64,000 bases of DNA from Amoebidium appalachense. Taxonomy: Eukaryota > Protista > Ichthyosporea. Of this stretch, positions 40,073 through 56,009 are shown piece by piece (the first letter of the stretch is position 1; each line of letters opens with the position of its first letter). Below the pieces are notes generated by a model. It ran no database searches and was not told the DNA's origin. It saw nothing but the letters and a program-made list of their open reading frames with translations. The stretch is from assembly GCA_963693365.1 (NCBI GenBank), contig CAVNZM010000017.1, positions 428,451 through 492,450 of the forward strand, read 5' to 3'. The position numbers were made by a program, and so were the translations under genes.

Positions 40073-43000
40073 TCAATCCACAATATCCGGTAAACAAAGT
40101 CGAGCACGATGGTGGACATGACTCGGGCCGGGGAGGGGTTTGGTGAGGATGTCAGCTAAGTTGTGGGCTGACTCAACGTAGTGGACAACCACGTCCCCAC
40201 TGGCAATGTAGTCCTTGGTGTTGTGATACCGGACGGCAATGTGTTTGGTACGGTGCTTGATGCCGGTGGAGTTGACGATGGCAATGGTCGACTGGTTGTC
40301 ACAGTACACCGGAGTCGGAGCAAGCATGGGACAGCCGAGTTCCTTGAAGAGGTCACGGACCCAAGCAACTTCTTGGGTGCCAGCATTGAGAGCAATCAGC
40401 TCAGCTTCAGTGGTGCTGGTGGCCGTGATGGGCTGGAGCTTGGAGTACCAGATGATGGGCATACCAGCAAACACGATAATGTAGCCGGTGGTAGACTTCT
40501 TGCTGTCGGCACAACCAGCAAAGTCAGCATCCGTGTAGCATTCGAGTATGGGGGACTGGGTGGCCGAGTACTTGTAGTCAATGCCAAGGTCAATGGTGCC
40601 GAGCAGGTACCGGGCCACACGACGGAGAAGGTCCCAGTGAGTCTTGCCGGGGTTGGTGCTGAACCGACCAAGGAAGCCGATGGCATAGGCAATGTCGGGA
40701 CGTGTGCACCGTGCCACCCAGAGGAGACGGCCGAGTAACTCACGGTAGGGTACGGTGAACGGTTGGGGGGGGCAATCAGCCAGGGAGACGGTGGTGCCTG
40801 CAGGGATGGGGGTAGACTTGGACTTGGCATCGGTGAGGTTGAAGTCGTGGATGATATCCATGATGTAAGACCTCTGGTGCATGTGGAGGTGATGGGGATC
40901 AGAGTGATTAAAATCAACACCGAGCATACGGTCAAATGGACTCATACGACAGCTGGCCATCTTGCTGATGTGGGCAGCCAGGTCACTGGCAGCAGTAGAA
41001 CCCCGGGTGTTGGTGATGGTGGAGTCGTCGACGTAGTTACCAGCCCGAACCACATCGTTGTTGGGGAAGAACCGGAGGTAGATGCACGGGTCGGTCTTAG
41101 TACGGGTCAGGCCATGGGCAAGAAGAATGCCGTCGAGGAAGTCGTACCAAGCCTTGGAGGCTTGCTTGAGGCCGTACAGGGCTTTCTTGAGTCTCCAGAC
41201 CTTGCCAAGTGTGGCCATGGTGATGAATCCCGGGGGTTGTTTCATGTAGATGGTCTCGGTGAGTGGGCTGTTGAGAAAGGCCGTAGACACGTCGAGTTGA
41301 TGGATGTCATGACCTTCAACAACGGCCAGAGCTAGGATGGCACGGAGAGCAGCCGGACGGATGACAGGGCTCTCAATCAACTCATAGTCAACACCGTATT
41401 GCTGACTGAAACCTTGAGCAACACCACGTGCCTTGATCTTGGTGTCACCAGCCGAGTTGAGAGTTTTCTCGGAGACAATCCACTTGAAGCCGACGATGTT
41501 AGCACCAGGGGGAGGGTCAACAAGTTCAAAGATGTCTTTGTCGACGAAGGCTTGATATTCAGCAGTCAGGGCTGACTTGACCTGGTCACCATTGGGTCCG
41601 GAACACAGTTGACGGACAAGTTTGGGTAGTTGGTCGATGTTGATGGGGGGGCCGGGGGGGACTGGGAGGGTGGTGGTGGCTTGAAGTCCAACCTTGCCCT
41701 GTAGACGGGCAGAACGACGGGGTGCAGGAACCGGGGTAGGTGGAGACGGTGGGGGGGGGAACTTGGAAGTTCGGAAGTGCAGGGGGGGCAACCTCCGGGC
41801 TGGACGGGGCCGAGTGGAAGTTGTCGGGGGAGCCGGGTCGGATGGGTGTGACGTTGCCAGGGGCAGGATGAGGGTCGGCAGGCTGGACGGGCACGGGGGC
41901 AGGGGGGCCGGTGGGGGGGGGGGTGTCGGGGGAACTACAATGGCAGGAGGGGGGCCAGAGTACACCAGACAAACATCATCTTCAGTGTCAACTGTGGGGG
42001 GTGGGGTGGTCGAGGTAGCAGTGGTGTCGGGGGTCGGAAATGTTGATGGAATGTCGGACGGGAGATAAGCTGATTCGTCGAAAATCACATCACGGAAGAG
42101 GCCGACACGATGGGTGGTGGGATTGAAGATCCGGTGGCAGTGTGATTGAAGATCATAGCCGATATACATGCCGAGTTTGACGGTGGGGGCCAGCTTGTTC
42201 CGTTTAGAAGCTGGCACGTGAGTGTAGGCAGGGCAACCGAACACTTTGAGCTCGGAGATGTCGGGCTTGACACCGTAGAAAACCTCGAATGGTGTACGAC
42301 CATTGGCAGTCGTGGACGGGGTGACGTTGATGATGTAGGCGGCATGTTGGAGGGCCTCAGCCCACAGTTTGGGGGACAGAGACTGATCTTGGACTTGATG
42401 GAGGAGGCAACGGACAATCTCTTGGAGGAACCGCATACGACGTTCAACATAGCCGTTCAGTTGAGGGCAGTCCACCGGAGCATAGCTGGCCTTGATGCCC
42501 TGGGAGAGGCAAAAAGCACGGGTAGCCTTGGAGGTGAACTCAGAGCCGGAGTCGAAGTGGTAAATACCAACTTTGGAGGGGGCATGGGTGGCAACGAGGT
42601 TGGTGTGAGCTGTGAGAATGTCCAGGGTGGTGGTACGGTCGGCCATCGGGTAGATCTTGACGAGGCCAGAGGCACGGCAGACAGTAACGAGAGCAACCTT
42701 GGAACCTCCGTACGATGTTGTGGTAGGCTCAAAAAAAATCCCAATGCCATTCATGACCGGGGATGTTGGAGTGAGGACGGTCACCCTTGAACGGAGCCTT
42801 GGTGGTTTTACCCATAATGCAGCCATGACAATCAGGAACATCACAGTCGAGGACAGAGGAGGGGAGACCAATAACAAGGTCGTGTTTCACCATGTCCTTG
42901 ATGCTGGTCATAGCACGGTGCCCCAGACGATGGTGCCAGATGGATGGGTTAACACTGGTAGTGGCAGCCAGAGCCACAGGACGAGTGGGTGGTTGAATGG

Positions 43001-44486
43001 TGTAGTCCTTGAAGTAATACAGACCGTTGTGTAGACGGAGGTTGACGAGATGACGGCCGGTAAGTCGGTCGAAGAGGAATGACGGAGTGGAGGCATCGTT
43101 CAAATCACCCTTGATGTATTCGGCAGCAGCTTGGGATGTTGAAATGAGGAAGGCTTGGCCAGACGGAGTGTAGTAGGCTTCAATGGTAAGGGTGGCAGTG
43201 CCATGGTCGGTGGTGGTGTTGATGACGATATGGCCGGTGTGAGTGGCCAAGACGGGGGTGCCATTGAAGGCAGCAACGGGAGTCGGTGTCGGAAGGGGAG
43301 TGAGATCATGGAAGAACTCACGGGTGGGGCAGACAGTCATGTTGCACCCGGAATCCCAGGCAGGGTCGGAGGACACGGGGACGGAGCTAGCATTGTATGC
43401 CGAGAAAGCAAAGGAGACAGATTTCTCACTGCCTTGACGGGAACGGTTGTGTCTGGACATACGGCATTTCGGCTCAGGGCAATCGATGATCGTGTGATCA
43501 GGCTCGTGGCAGTAGGAGCATGCTTTCACGGACGGGGTGTTAGAACGAGCCGGGGAATCAGAACGACGGGAACCCGAGAAACGGGAACGGCTGGGGGAAC
43601 GAGACGTGGACCGGAAGGCAGGCCGGTGGGGGGAACGGGAGCGGGTGTGCTGACGGGAGAGACGAGTTCGGAGGTCCGTACCGGGGGTACGGTCAAGTCG
43701 GTTGCGTAAGTCACGGCGAGGAAGATCACGGGGGGGAGCACAGCTGGCATTTAATGCCATGCTGGACTTGGGGGCACGGTGGGCACGGTTGCTCCGGAGT
43801 TGCATCTTGAGGTCTTGACGTAACTCGATGCCCTTGACGTGGTTGTGGAGGGACTCGAAGTCGGGGAATAGCTTATCACCGAAGTGATAGTCTTCGATAA
43901 GGCGGTTGAACTCAGGGGTGAGGTCGTCTCTGGTGGTGAGTTCATTGAAGAACTTCTCAGCTAGACGAGTGAAGTGAATGGACTCATCTTGGAGGGACTG
44001 GAGCTGGTTCACGATGGTCTGCAGACGGCTCAGGTAGGTGGTGAATGATTCACCGGGCTGAAGGGCACAGGCATCCCACTGACGGTGAAGGATGCGGATC
44101 TGATCGGGTTTGCCTTGGAGATAGTGTTGACGGAATTTCCACATGGCCCGTTCAGGGTCCATGCCAATACGGTACTGGGCAACGGTGGTGAGGACGGAAG
44201 GGTCGATGTTCTGTATCATATGGAGCAGGAGGCAATTGCGGGCCTCCTTGAGTTCCGCGGTAGTGCCGTAGCCATAGAAGGGGGGTTCACCGTCAACCGC
44301 GACGGTGGTAGGGGGGACGTAGTTGTCAGCAAGTACAACATCCACGAGTCGGACACCTTTAGTGCCGGTCATCATGCCGAGAAAAATGATTTCCCATTGA
44401 AAATAGGTGGTTTTGCTATCGGGACCAGTCTTCCCTTCACCTTTCCACATGGTGATTTTGTTTACGCCAGTTTTGTTTGGATCCAT
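40073..44486 (-). CDS. Copia gag-pol polyprotein with one frameshift at the T8 run 42731-42738
   Basis: MDPNK start; CSYCHEPDHTIIDC knuckle; WDSGC protease; WHHRLGH...CHGC; integrase HWD/FDSGSEF/NGYVER; RT KARGVAQGF, QLDVSTAFLN, LYGLKQ, YVDD; RNase H YTDADFAG, YCDN, ADILTK. Confidence 0.95.
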
Positions 44487-44548
44487 GATTGAAAAACGAG
44501 CGCGAGTTCTAGATGTGTGTAGGGAGCGTGCAAAAGGGCTGCATAACC

Positions 44549-45484
44549 TGTTAAATTGTATAAGTATTTGGGATGTAAGCAGAGACACAGTGGTGCAGTG
44601 TGAAAACACCACAGACACACAACAACAAAACACGGAAGGATCGGAGAAGTGTACACAACAGACATCAATGTTTAGACACGACTGAACTCAATTTATTTTT
44701 TGATCGCTAATAAATACCTGAAATTCCCTTAAGTTAAATCCATACATGATTTCCGACTAGTCGGAAATCAGATCTATGTCTAAAATAACCAATCACAATT
44801 AACTGATTATTTCCCGGATAGATCCGGAGACACAGGAACGCACACCATAGGTCACAGCTATAAGAAAGAAAAGAGGTGAAGAGTAACGAGGAAAGAGGTG
44901 ATGTTTCTAACCTATCATCGGCTACAAAGACTCAGACATTTTCTGACTAAGTCCACTGATTGGATATACTATACGGCAACACACAAAACAAAAGTGGTTG
45001 ACTAAGCTATGAATCATACCTGACAAGCTAAAGTGTAACCTAAGTGTTTTTCTACCAATCAAAACATAACGAGTAATATAAATCTACTCAACGTATATTA
45101 GTGAGAGAGAAATATAATTATGTGAAAGGAAACAAGAGAAGAAAGAAAGAGAAAAGAAAGAAGAAGAAAGAGGAAAAAGAAAAGAAAGCAGGACAGAAAA
45201 CACGAACAGCAAAACACAGTTATAACCGAAGATATTCATGTACACATAACATGTACACGTTTCTCCCTCACTGGGTAGACTCGTGTACCTATAATCAGTT
45301 GCTGTAATCGATATCTAAACACACGAATATAGCCGACACAACACGATTACAAGTACTCAAATACACTGGAGATCGATGTCATAATTTACGTACAAGGAGC
45401 ACATCTTTTTCATTAAGTAAATGAATGAAAACATAACACGAACTGAGAAGATCTTACAATATGTAAATACTACGTATTATAACA
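44549..45484 (-). repeat. Copia 5' LTR
   Basis: Followed on the minus strand by the PBS and gag. Confidence 0.95.
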
Positions 45485-45848
45485 TTATTAGTTGAACGGA
45501 TATCCATTGGACATATGTCACAAAATCTACTTGGTGTTGGCTTGGCTGGTGTTGGTGTGTGTATATGTGCATGTGCTTGCGGGCGTTAACAGTGTGGGGG
45601 GGGGGGGGGGAGGGAAGTGGAAGGCGGGGGTGGATGCATGTCAGCCTAGGTGAATTCAATTGTTTAACTCCAGTGTACAGGACTGGTCTGAAGGCTTAAG
45701 AAAACAACGAGGAAATGGGGTCCAGTGGAGGTGGTGGTGGTGTTCTGTGTGTGTGTACATGTGCACGTATGTGTGTGGTTTTTTTGGGGGGTGAGTGGTG
45801 GTGGTGGTGGTGGTGGTGGTCACCGTGGTGGTGGTGTGTATGTCTGGT

Positions 45849-45913
<65 letters not shown>

Positions 45914-46627
45914 TAGAAAGAAAAACTGCTCGTGGGTCACTGTTTTTCGTCACTGTATTTGTAACGGGCCGCTCATATTTATATAACTACTTTAGTTACA
46001 CGTGTTCATTATCATATATGATGGCCAAATATAGAAATTTTGGCGTCGAAGTTCTTGGAGCTAAAAAAACGTTTAAAAGGGGGAAATAATAGCTTGGCCC
46101 CAAATTTACCTTGCCATTTTTAGCGAATGTATTTTTTATTCACGAGTTCTAGTAATTCAGTGAGTGCACGTGCCTGCCTCAGGCTGATCATGACAACTGC
46201 AACACACCATTCCTACATGGATATCAACCAAAAGAAAATAGTATCTACTGTGGTGGTCTCCTAAACCTTGTGCGACATGCGCATACATGATATTACAGTG
46301 ACGCATGTGCATATTATTGTTCTGTATACCGGAGTGTGGTGCACGTGGCTGTTTTGTGCACACGTTACATTAGCAGCACGATCTCCCTAAACTCCATGTT
46401 TACACATCCCTCACCCTGGCTCTGCCTTGTCGGTGCTCCAAAACACACACACAAATCCCCCTAGACTCAGTGCCTGCACATGGTCGCATTCACGTGCAGG
46501 TCACGTGACACATGCAATGCCATACTGCCGTCTACAGCAACAACCACGGCAGCATGTATACCGGCCCAGCACGAAATATACTTATTGGCAGTCTGAACTC
46601 GCCCATTTTCTCTTTTTCATGTATGAC

Positions 46628-46779
46628 CCTGCTTTTTTGTGAAATCACCCTTTTTGGCCTCCCGGTAGTGGATTTTGCAGGATTTGACTTCTTTGAGGTC
46701 CAAAAACCTCAAATTTTCCCCGGCGGGGCCGGGGAGGGAGAATTCAAAAATTGCCCGCTCCTGATATGGTACCCGGGCC
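46628..46779 (+). repeat. ~152-bp dispersed repeat, copy 1
   Basis: CCTGCTTTTTTGTGAAATCACC...TATGGTACCCGGGCC, nearly identical to 53696-53848. Confidence 0.9.
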
Positions 46780-46791
46780 CTTGATTCCTCA

Positions 46792-47340
46792 GTGTTTCGA
46801 GGTGTTTCTAAGAATAGCAGGGCTCGTAGAACAGGAAGGGTGTGGGTGGCGCGATTTTCTGATGAATCCGGCACACGACGTTGGATCGGTTCCTTTTTGA
46901 CTGAGATTGAGGCGGCATGTGCTGTGGATGTGGCTGTGAGAGCCTCAAAATTGCCTAAATCGGAGAAGATCAAACGGATAAATTTCTGCGAAGAAAGTGA
47001 TTATCTCACAGACAGCCAGGCACGCAGAGGTAGGTGTATAGGGGTGTATAAGGGGAGAAGCTTAAGTACCTCAAAACCATGGCGTGTTCTAGCCCAAGCC
47101 AACAAGCAAGTGGCACCTAACAAAAAGTCTAGCCCCTGGACTCAAAAGGAAGTTTTACCATCAAGGATGTATATTGGGTGCTATGCAAGGAAACTGGAAG
47201 CGATCGAAGCATATGACCGGTTTGTGCTGGACCAATGGGCACAGCGGAACGAACCACGGGGCCTTCTGCCGCCCACAAATTTCAGTCCAGCCAGATATGG
47301 CTATAACCGTATTAGTCCGCCCACCATACCACCCCTTTAA
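46792..47340 (+). CDS. Tandem AP2/ERF-domain ORF without an ATG (5'-truncated or terminal exon)
   Basis: SSVFRGVS...WVARF...WIGSFLTEIEAACAVD...INF and IGVYK...W...YIGCYARKLEAIEAYD...TNF match the AP2/ERF pattern. Confidence 0.75.
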   Translation: MFRGVSKNSRARRTGRVWVARFSDESGTRRWIGSFLTEIEAACAVDVAVRASKLPKSEKIKRINFCEESDYLTDSQARRGRCIGVYKGRSLSTSKPWRVLAQANKQVAPNKKSSPWTQKEVLPSRMYIGCYARKLEAIEAYDRFVLDQWAQRNEPRGLLPPTNFSPARYGYNRISPPTIPPL

Positions 47341-48974
47341 TAACGAAACAGAGCCCGGAAACCCACCTTAGCGGAGAGGCAGGCCGCGAAGAACGCTCGT
47401 TCACCTACACCCACTCATCCTACACTGGAAGACACTTGGCTGAGATCGAGCCTGCATATTCTAACATCATATGTGGAACTTTAGAGGCATCATACCAATC
47501 ATCCTAGTTAGTTTAGGTTCATGTGAATTTGCCCTCCTGTAACTGCAACTGATCATGAGCAATATTACATAGTATTCGATTTGATTACTTTGCTTGATTC
47601 TTTTGTTGTGTGGTTAGGTTATCCCCCAGCTTCTGTACTTGTGTTGGCGGCTGTTGCCACTGGGCAGGGCCAGGTGCCGCGTTTGTCAGCTGCGGGAGAT
47701 GTACGTCGTGTGTCATGGGGGTAGCTGCCGGGAGTACTCTTAGACTAGTAATCTATTCTATTTGTGTAGAAATTTATGAACCGACATCTGTGGGTGTGCG
47801 CATACATAGTGATCACTGTGGTCTAATCTGCTTCCTATGACAGTGTGATGGGAGGCAATGCTTCGTATGTATGTTTTTAGTCGTTGACCACCCCTTTTAA
47901 CACACCCAGGTGGTAGGCCATTGGCAGCGTGGATTCCAAAGAAGTTCAGAGCTCAATTTCAGTACAATGATCATAAAGTATGATATTTTCAATGCACTTT
48001 ACTCTTATATACTTGGCTAATAATTAGCAATTGTTGACCCTCCTAGTCGAGCTCATACATGCAGCTTTTATAATTAGCAGTCCCACGGCAGATTTTTCGT
48101 TATTGTTATGTAAGTCTCGGATAACGTTCCGGTGACGCTATCTCTTAGCGACTATCTTGCTGTGGCTATGGCAACGTCTGTACTATATATTCAGTCTTGC
48201 CTGTCTGATGCTCCGATATAAATAAAATCTACTACAAAAAAATGGAGCCAACAACGGAAATAAAACCTCGAGTTTCACTAACGTCACATAACATCATAAG
48301 GAGACATGACATTTTAGTAACACATGTGACCATATTACATCCTATAGTATACATGTACAGAAAACGAAAAATTCATATATGCAACCATCATGATGTCCTC
48401 AGATTGTGAATCTGAGTTGGGAATCAAGGACACGTACACTATTTTTGAATCCGGGTAGTACATAATAAGCATCTAGGCCAAGTTGTGGACCGACTACATA
48501 TAATCATGATCCCACACGTCGCCCTGTGACAACTCGTGTACTCAAGACGGCTTAGCATTTTTTGCAATCGTGAGGATCGCACACATCGATCCGAACAGTA
48601 TTGCCATTACACATATACACACACCCTGTGCCGAATTCACCTTTGTGTTTTCTTCATATATACTGTACCATATTCAAAGTCACTAATCATTAAATTCGTA
48701 TTCAGCACTGCTGTTTTTGGCCATGGGTGAGCACGTGCACCGGGCGCATGCAGGAGACAAACGTTAAGTCTCGGATTCCGTTACTGGCAGTAGTTACGGT
48801 AACAGATATGACAGAACAGAACGGGACCTTTCAATAGAGGTAGATGTTGGTTTGGGGCTTTGGAGTTGAGATGTTGACGGATCCCGGCAGGGGAAAAGGC
48901 GCCAGGGATGGGGAGAGTTCTCGATTGGGATCATACCGGTTGGGTTGGGGGGTTTTTTTTTTGGTGGTGGTGGT

Positions 48975-49012
<38 letters not shown>

Positions 49013-49027
49013 GGAAGAAGGGGGAGG

Positions 49028-49072
<45 letters not shown>

Positions 49073-49416
49073 AAGCGACTTAGAGAAAGCAAAGGGGTGC
49101 ACTTAGGCTACACATGCTTTTCCTGTCCGAGACCGAGAAGGGGGAGGCAAGGGTGATCAAATTTTGCGTTAACACCCTCTGAAATACCCGCCAGGGTTCA
49201 AAAATACCATCCAAATTTTTTTCGAATACATCCAGTCAAAAGAAAACTTTTTTTTGCATGGTACACTGCAGCTTACAGTACATTTCCGACCATGGTATAC
49301 GTAAATGGATGGTGTGCATGGTTTGGACGCTTTATAGGAAAATTTCCGGAGAATACCATCCAGCCTGTAGGAAAATACAAAATATGTAATAAAAGGGCGA
49401 ATTTTCGGCCCTGGGG

Positions 49417-49452
<36 letters not shown>

Positions 49453-49494
49453 GGGGGGGGGGGGGGGGGTATATACACGTATGTGTGTGTGTGT

Positions 49495-49529
<35 letters not shown>

Positions 49530-49613
49530 GGGCGCGGCCCAGCCTAACCACTTACACATGCAACGCACCCAGTCATGGGCATATTCACCGACCCAAAAAC
49601 AGATGCCGCACGT

Positions 49614-49671
<58 letters not shown>

Positions 49672-50653
49672 CACTTAAACACCAAGTTACTGCCCGGTTA
49701 AAATAGCCTCCATCTGCTCGTTGACCCCCCCCCCCCCCCCCCCCCCCTTCCCCCCCTCCCCCGGGGCCAAAAAAAAACAAAAAAAAAAAAAAAAAAAAAA
49801 GGAAAGGGATAAAAAAAAAAAACAGAAAAGAAAAGAGACCCCCATTCGACTAATCACCTACCTACCCACCCACCCATATTTTTGTTTACCTCTTCTTCTC
49901 TTCTATTCTTCACTTTTTTTGATTAAGGTTTACTATATTGAACTACAACACGAACACACCTTTTGTCACCCGTTTCCTTAGCACCAACCCACCCACCTTC
50001 CCCCCCCCCCCCCCCTCCCTCCCCTCCCCCCCCCCCCAAAAATGGAAATAAAATAAAAGGAATAAAAAATAAAAATAAAGAATACAATAAAATAAAAATA
50101 AAAATTATTTATTGCACACCCACACCACTTACTCGCCCATCCACTCACAGACCCCCGAGAAGTTTTCCCTCTCCCCCGAGCCGGGCTGTGTATGCGTCAA
50201 TTTTCACCGTGACTCAAGAGACCCCCACGGCTCTGGGGGGTACAGAATTGTGCAGGGGAGCCCATTTTCATCCCCCGAGTCTAGCGTGTAAGTGTGCGTC
50301 TTTTTGTTTTTATTCTTATTACTTATTGATCCAGCCAATCAGGTACAGTAATACTATTATTATCACTATCAATACTAGTGCTTTGGCCAGTACACCCTTG
50401 AACCATATGCCGCTCTTTGTATGGACGATCATGAATGCATATTGTGCATCGTTCATGCTGTTTTCTCTATGGGAATATATGTAACGAAAAACTCTTCAGA
50501 GTTGTGTTCTTCTTGGCACAATCAACTGGAAAAAATTCCTCTCCAAGAAACGTCAAAGATTTGTTAGGAAACGTCCGCCCCACGGCCATTCATCAATTCA
50601 CCAAACAATGCACTTTCCTTGTTGTGATGTCGCCTCCTTTCCACCCTCCCCCT

Positions 50654-50690
<37 letters not shown>

Positions 50691-50726
50691 CAAAAAAATT
50701 CTTCGATAATCAATTTCTCCCCACAG

Positions 50727-53575
<2,849 letters not shown>

Positions 53576-53695
53576 TACCCCCCCCCCCCCCCCCCCCCCC
53601 CCTTAACACCACCCCCCTCCCCGCCCCCCGGAAACACCTACACCAATCCCCCCCCCTCGCTCCGCCCCTGCCCCCGCAGCCTATCCCCCAAAACA

Positions 53696-53848
53696 CCTGC
53701 TTTTTTGTGAAATCACCCTTTTTGACCTCCCGGTAGTGGACTTTGCAGGATTTGACTTCTTTGAGGTCCAAAAACCTCAAATTTTCCCTGGCGGGGCCGG
53801 GGGAGGGAGAATTCAAAAATTGCCCGCTCCTGATATGGTACCCGGGCC
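53696..53848 (+). repeat. ~152-bp dispersed repeat, copy 2
   Basis: Direct copy of 46628-46779. Confidence 0.9.
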
Positions 53849-54129
53849 GTTCCGCCCTAGTAAGCGTGTTACTACCCTGCGGCGTGGGTCAAATTTCATA
53901 TTTTCCCCTCTGGTTGCGAATTCTGCGGCCTTCGGGACTTAATTCTTTTCAGCTGGTGTAGTATGTTAGCCAGGGAAGTATCGACTTAGGTGGTGACGGG
54001 GGAGCTTCCTAGAAGCCCCGTCTCCTGAGTTCCTATCTATATTTTTCTTGCTTCTGCTTACTCCTGCAACTTTAACCCCCGGCCTTTCCCACTGCCCTTG
54101 CCTGCATAAGCAACCCTGCTCGTCTCTGA

Positions 54130-54826
54130 TCAAGCACACACACCCAAACCCAAAACGCTCCCAATAAAAAATCGAAAAAGACTCCTCCCCCCCTCCCCCT
54201 CCCCTCCTTCCCGTCCGCCCATCCATTTGCGCGCATACATTCTCCCAAACCCCATATACCTTCACATCCACACACACAAACACACAGAAACAATCGCCTA
54301 ACCCCCCCCCCTCCCCCCCCCCCCCCCCCCAAAAAAAAAAAAAAAACATCTGCACACAACCACAAAAGAAAACAGGCCACACATTATTTCCAGAAAGACA
54401 ACAATGCACTCTCCTGGTACCAGAAACAAAATTCTTCTCTTTTCTGAATGAAGAAGTAAAGTCACAGGGTATAAGGTGTCTATTTTTAGCCCAAGGTGCC
54501 CAAAATAGCACACTCACCTGTCTGAGGGTGCGGACCGCATAGTCCCTCTGGTCCACGTGGATGGCTATTGCTTCGGCCCTTTGTGACTCACTCATCTGCC
54601 AGCCCGAAAAAAATGGTGTCATTGGTCATATTAACCCCAGTTAGATTTGTGATTTTAACCCCTGCCCCCTCCCCCTTAGTTCTCTCCCCGCTCCCCCCCC
54701 CCCCCCCCCCTTTCAACCTGCAGTGCAAAGTGTGTGCGAGCTTTTGCCAGATTTGTACGCGTGCGTGCATGCATGCGCACGTACACCGCGTACGTGCGCG
54801 TGCACGTGTATGTGCGTGCGTGCGTG

Positions 54827-54917
<91 letters not shown>

Positions 54918-55664
54918 TCGTGCGCGCACATATGTTTGCGTGTGTGTTCGTGCTTTGAGCTCAGGTGGATGTCTGTGTTTGTTTGTGTGTGTGTGTGTGC
55001 GCGCGCGTGTGGGCGTGCGCATGTGCATGTGCCTGTGCGCGTGTGTGCACTTGCACACATCCCCTAGCGCCACACCATCGCACCAACCCAACAGCAACCA
55101 ACAAGGCCACTCACCTTTGGGAATTTGATTTGTTTTTGTGCCGGTGCTGTGTTTGTCTTGCTGACTTTCTTTTGGGCCTTTGGTGAGGGGGGCTTGGCTG
55201 AAGAGGCAAAGCCTGTAGTTTCACCATGCGCTCCTGTGCCACCAAAAAAAACACGTGGTTACACGTGGCTAGATGGTGCTATAAATAGAATGAGAAAGCA
55301 CGGTGTTGCCGTAAAGGGAATGAGAAAGAATAGCATTGCAGTGAATAGGTGGAAAGACAGAAGGGTTCCAAAAAGGGCCCTTAGCTTCTCTGGTGTTATG
55401 GATTGGGTGCTCATGATTGGTTAGAGCAACGCCTTTCTTCCATATTAGGTTAAATTATGACATCATGAGAGCAAATGGAAATGGGCGTGCCAGTCATCCG
55501 TCGATGTCGTAGGAAGCCAAGCTATCCATTCAGCTATGTGCGCTAAGTTATGCGCTTGGAGATAACCTGTCTCCAACCACAACACAATTACCTATATCAC
55601 ATCTCAAGCCAGTGAAGAGGGGGAGAAGGAGCATAAAATATACCTGCACATACTGCATCGCACT
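54130..55664 (-). pseudogene. Partial segmental duplicate of 32658-34202 (rabenosyn-like 3' exons with introns)
   Basis: Same orientation, scattered substitutions and indels including a shorter G-run in an exon; ends mid-exon at the mtDNA junction. Confidence 0.9.
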
Positions 55665-55678
55665 AGTTCGGGGGGCCC

Positions 55679-55886
55679 AGTCTAGTTATTTCTACTCGCC
55701 CCTCGCCTCTCTTCTTCTATTCTAGGCATGTATAGCTAGGTGGGGGTGGTCTAGTTATTTCACATCGCCCCTCGCCTCTCTTCTTCTATTCTAGGCATGT
55801 ATAGCTAGGTGGGGGTGGTCTAGTTATCTCATCTCGCCCCTCGTCTCTCTTCTTCTTCTCTAGGGAGTATAGCTAGGTAGGGAGGG
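55679..55886. repeat. ~69-bp tandem array, three units
   Basis: GTCTAGTTAT...TCGCCCCTCGCCTCTCTTCTTC...TATAGCTAGGT units. Confidence 0.85.
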
Positions 55887-56009
55887 GTAATTTTAGGATT
55901 TCCGAGTGGCCGTCTTGGATTTCAGGGTAGCAAAATGCGTCGGGGGGGAGCCAGGTATTATTTGTGTCTTTTATAGAAATTTAATTTTAATTTATTTTCT
56001 TCTCTTAAC

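Larger units (their letters stand above)
38727..45484 (-). mobile_element. Full-length Ty1/copia LTR retrotransposon
   Basis: TG...CA LTRs of ~932 and ~936 bp, 5-bp TSD TTATT, PBS GGTTATGCAGCCC, purine-rich PPT, domain order gag-PR-IN-RT-RH. Confidence 0.97.

Noticed and set aside
39275-45307. Twin 68-aa Lys-rich ORFs
   Set aside because: Purine-rich tract inside the copia LTRs
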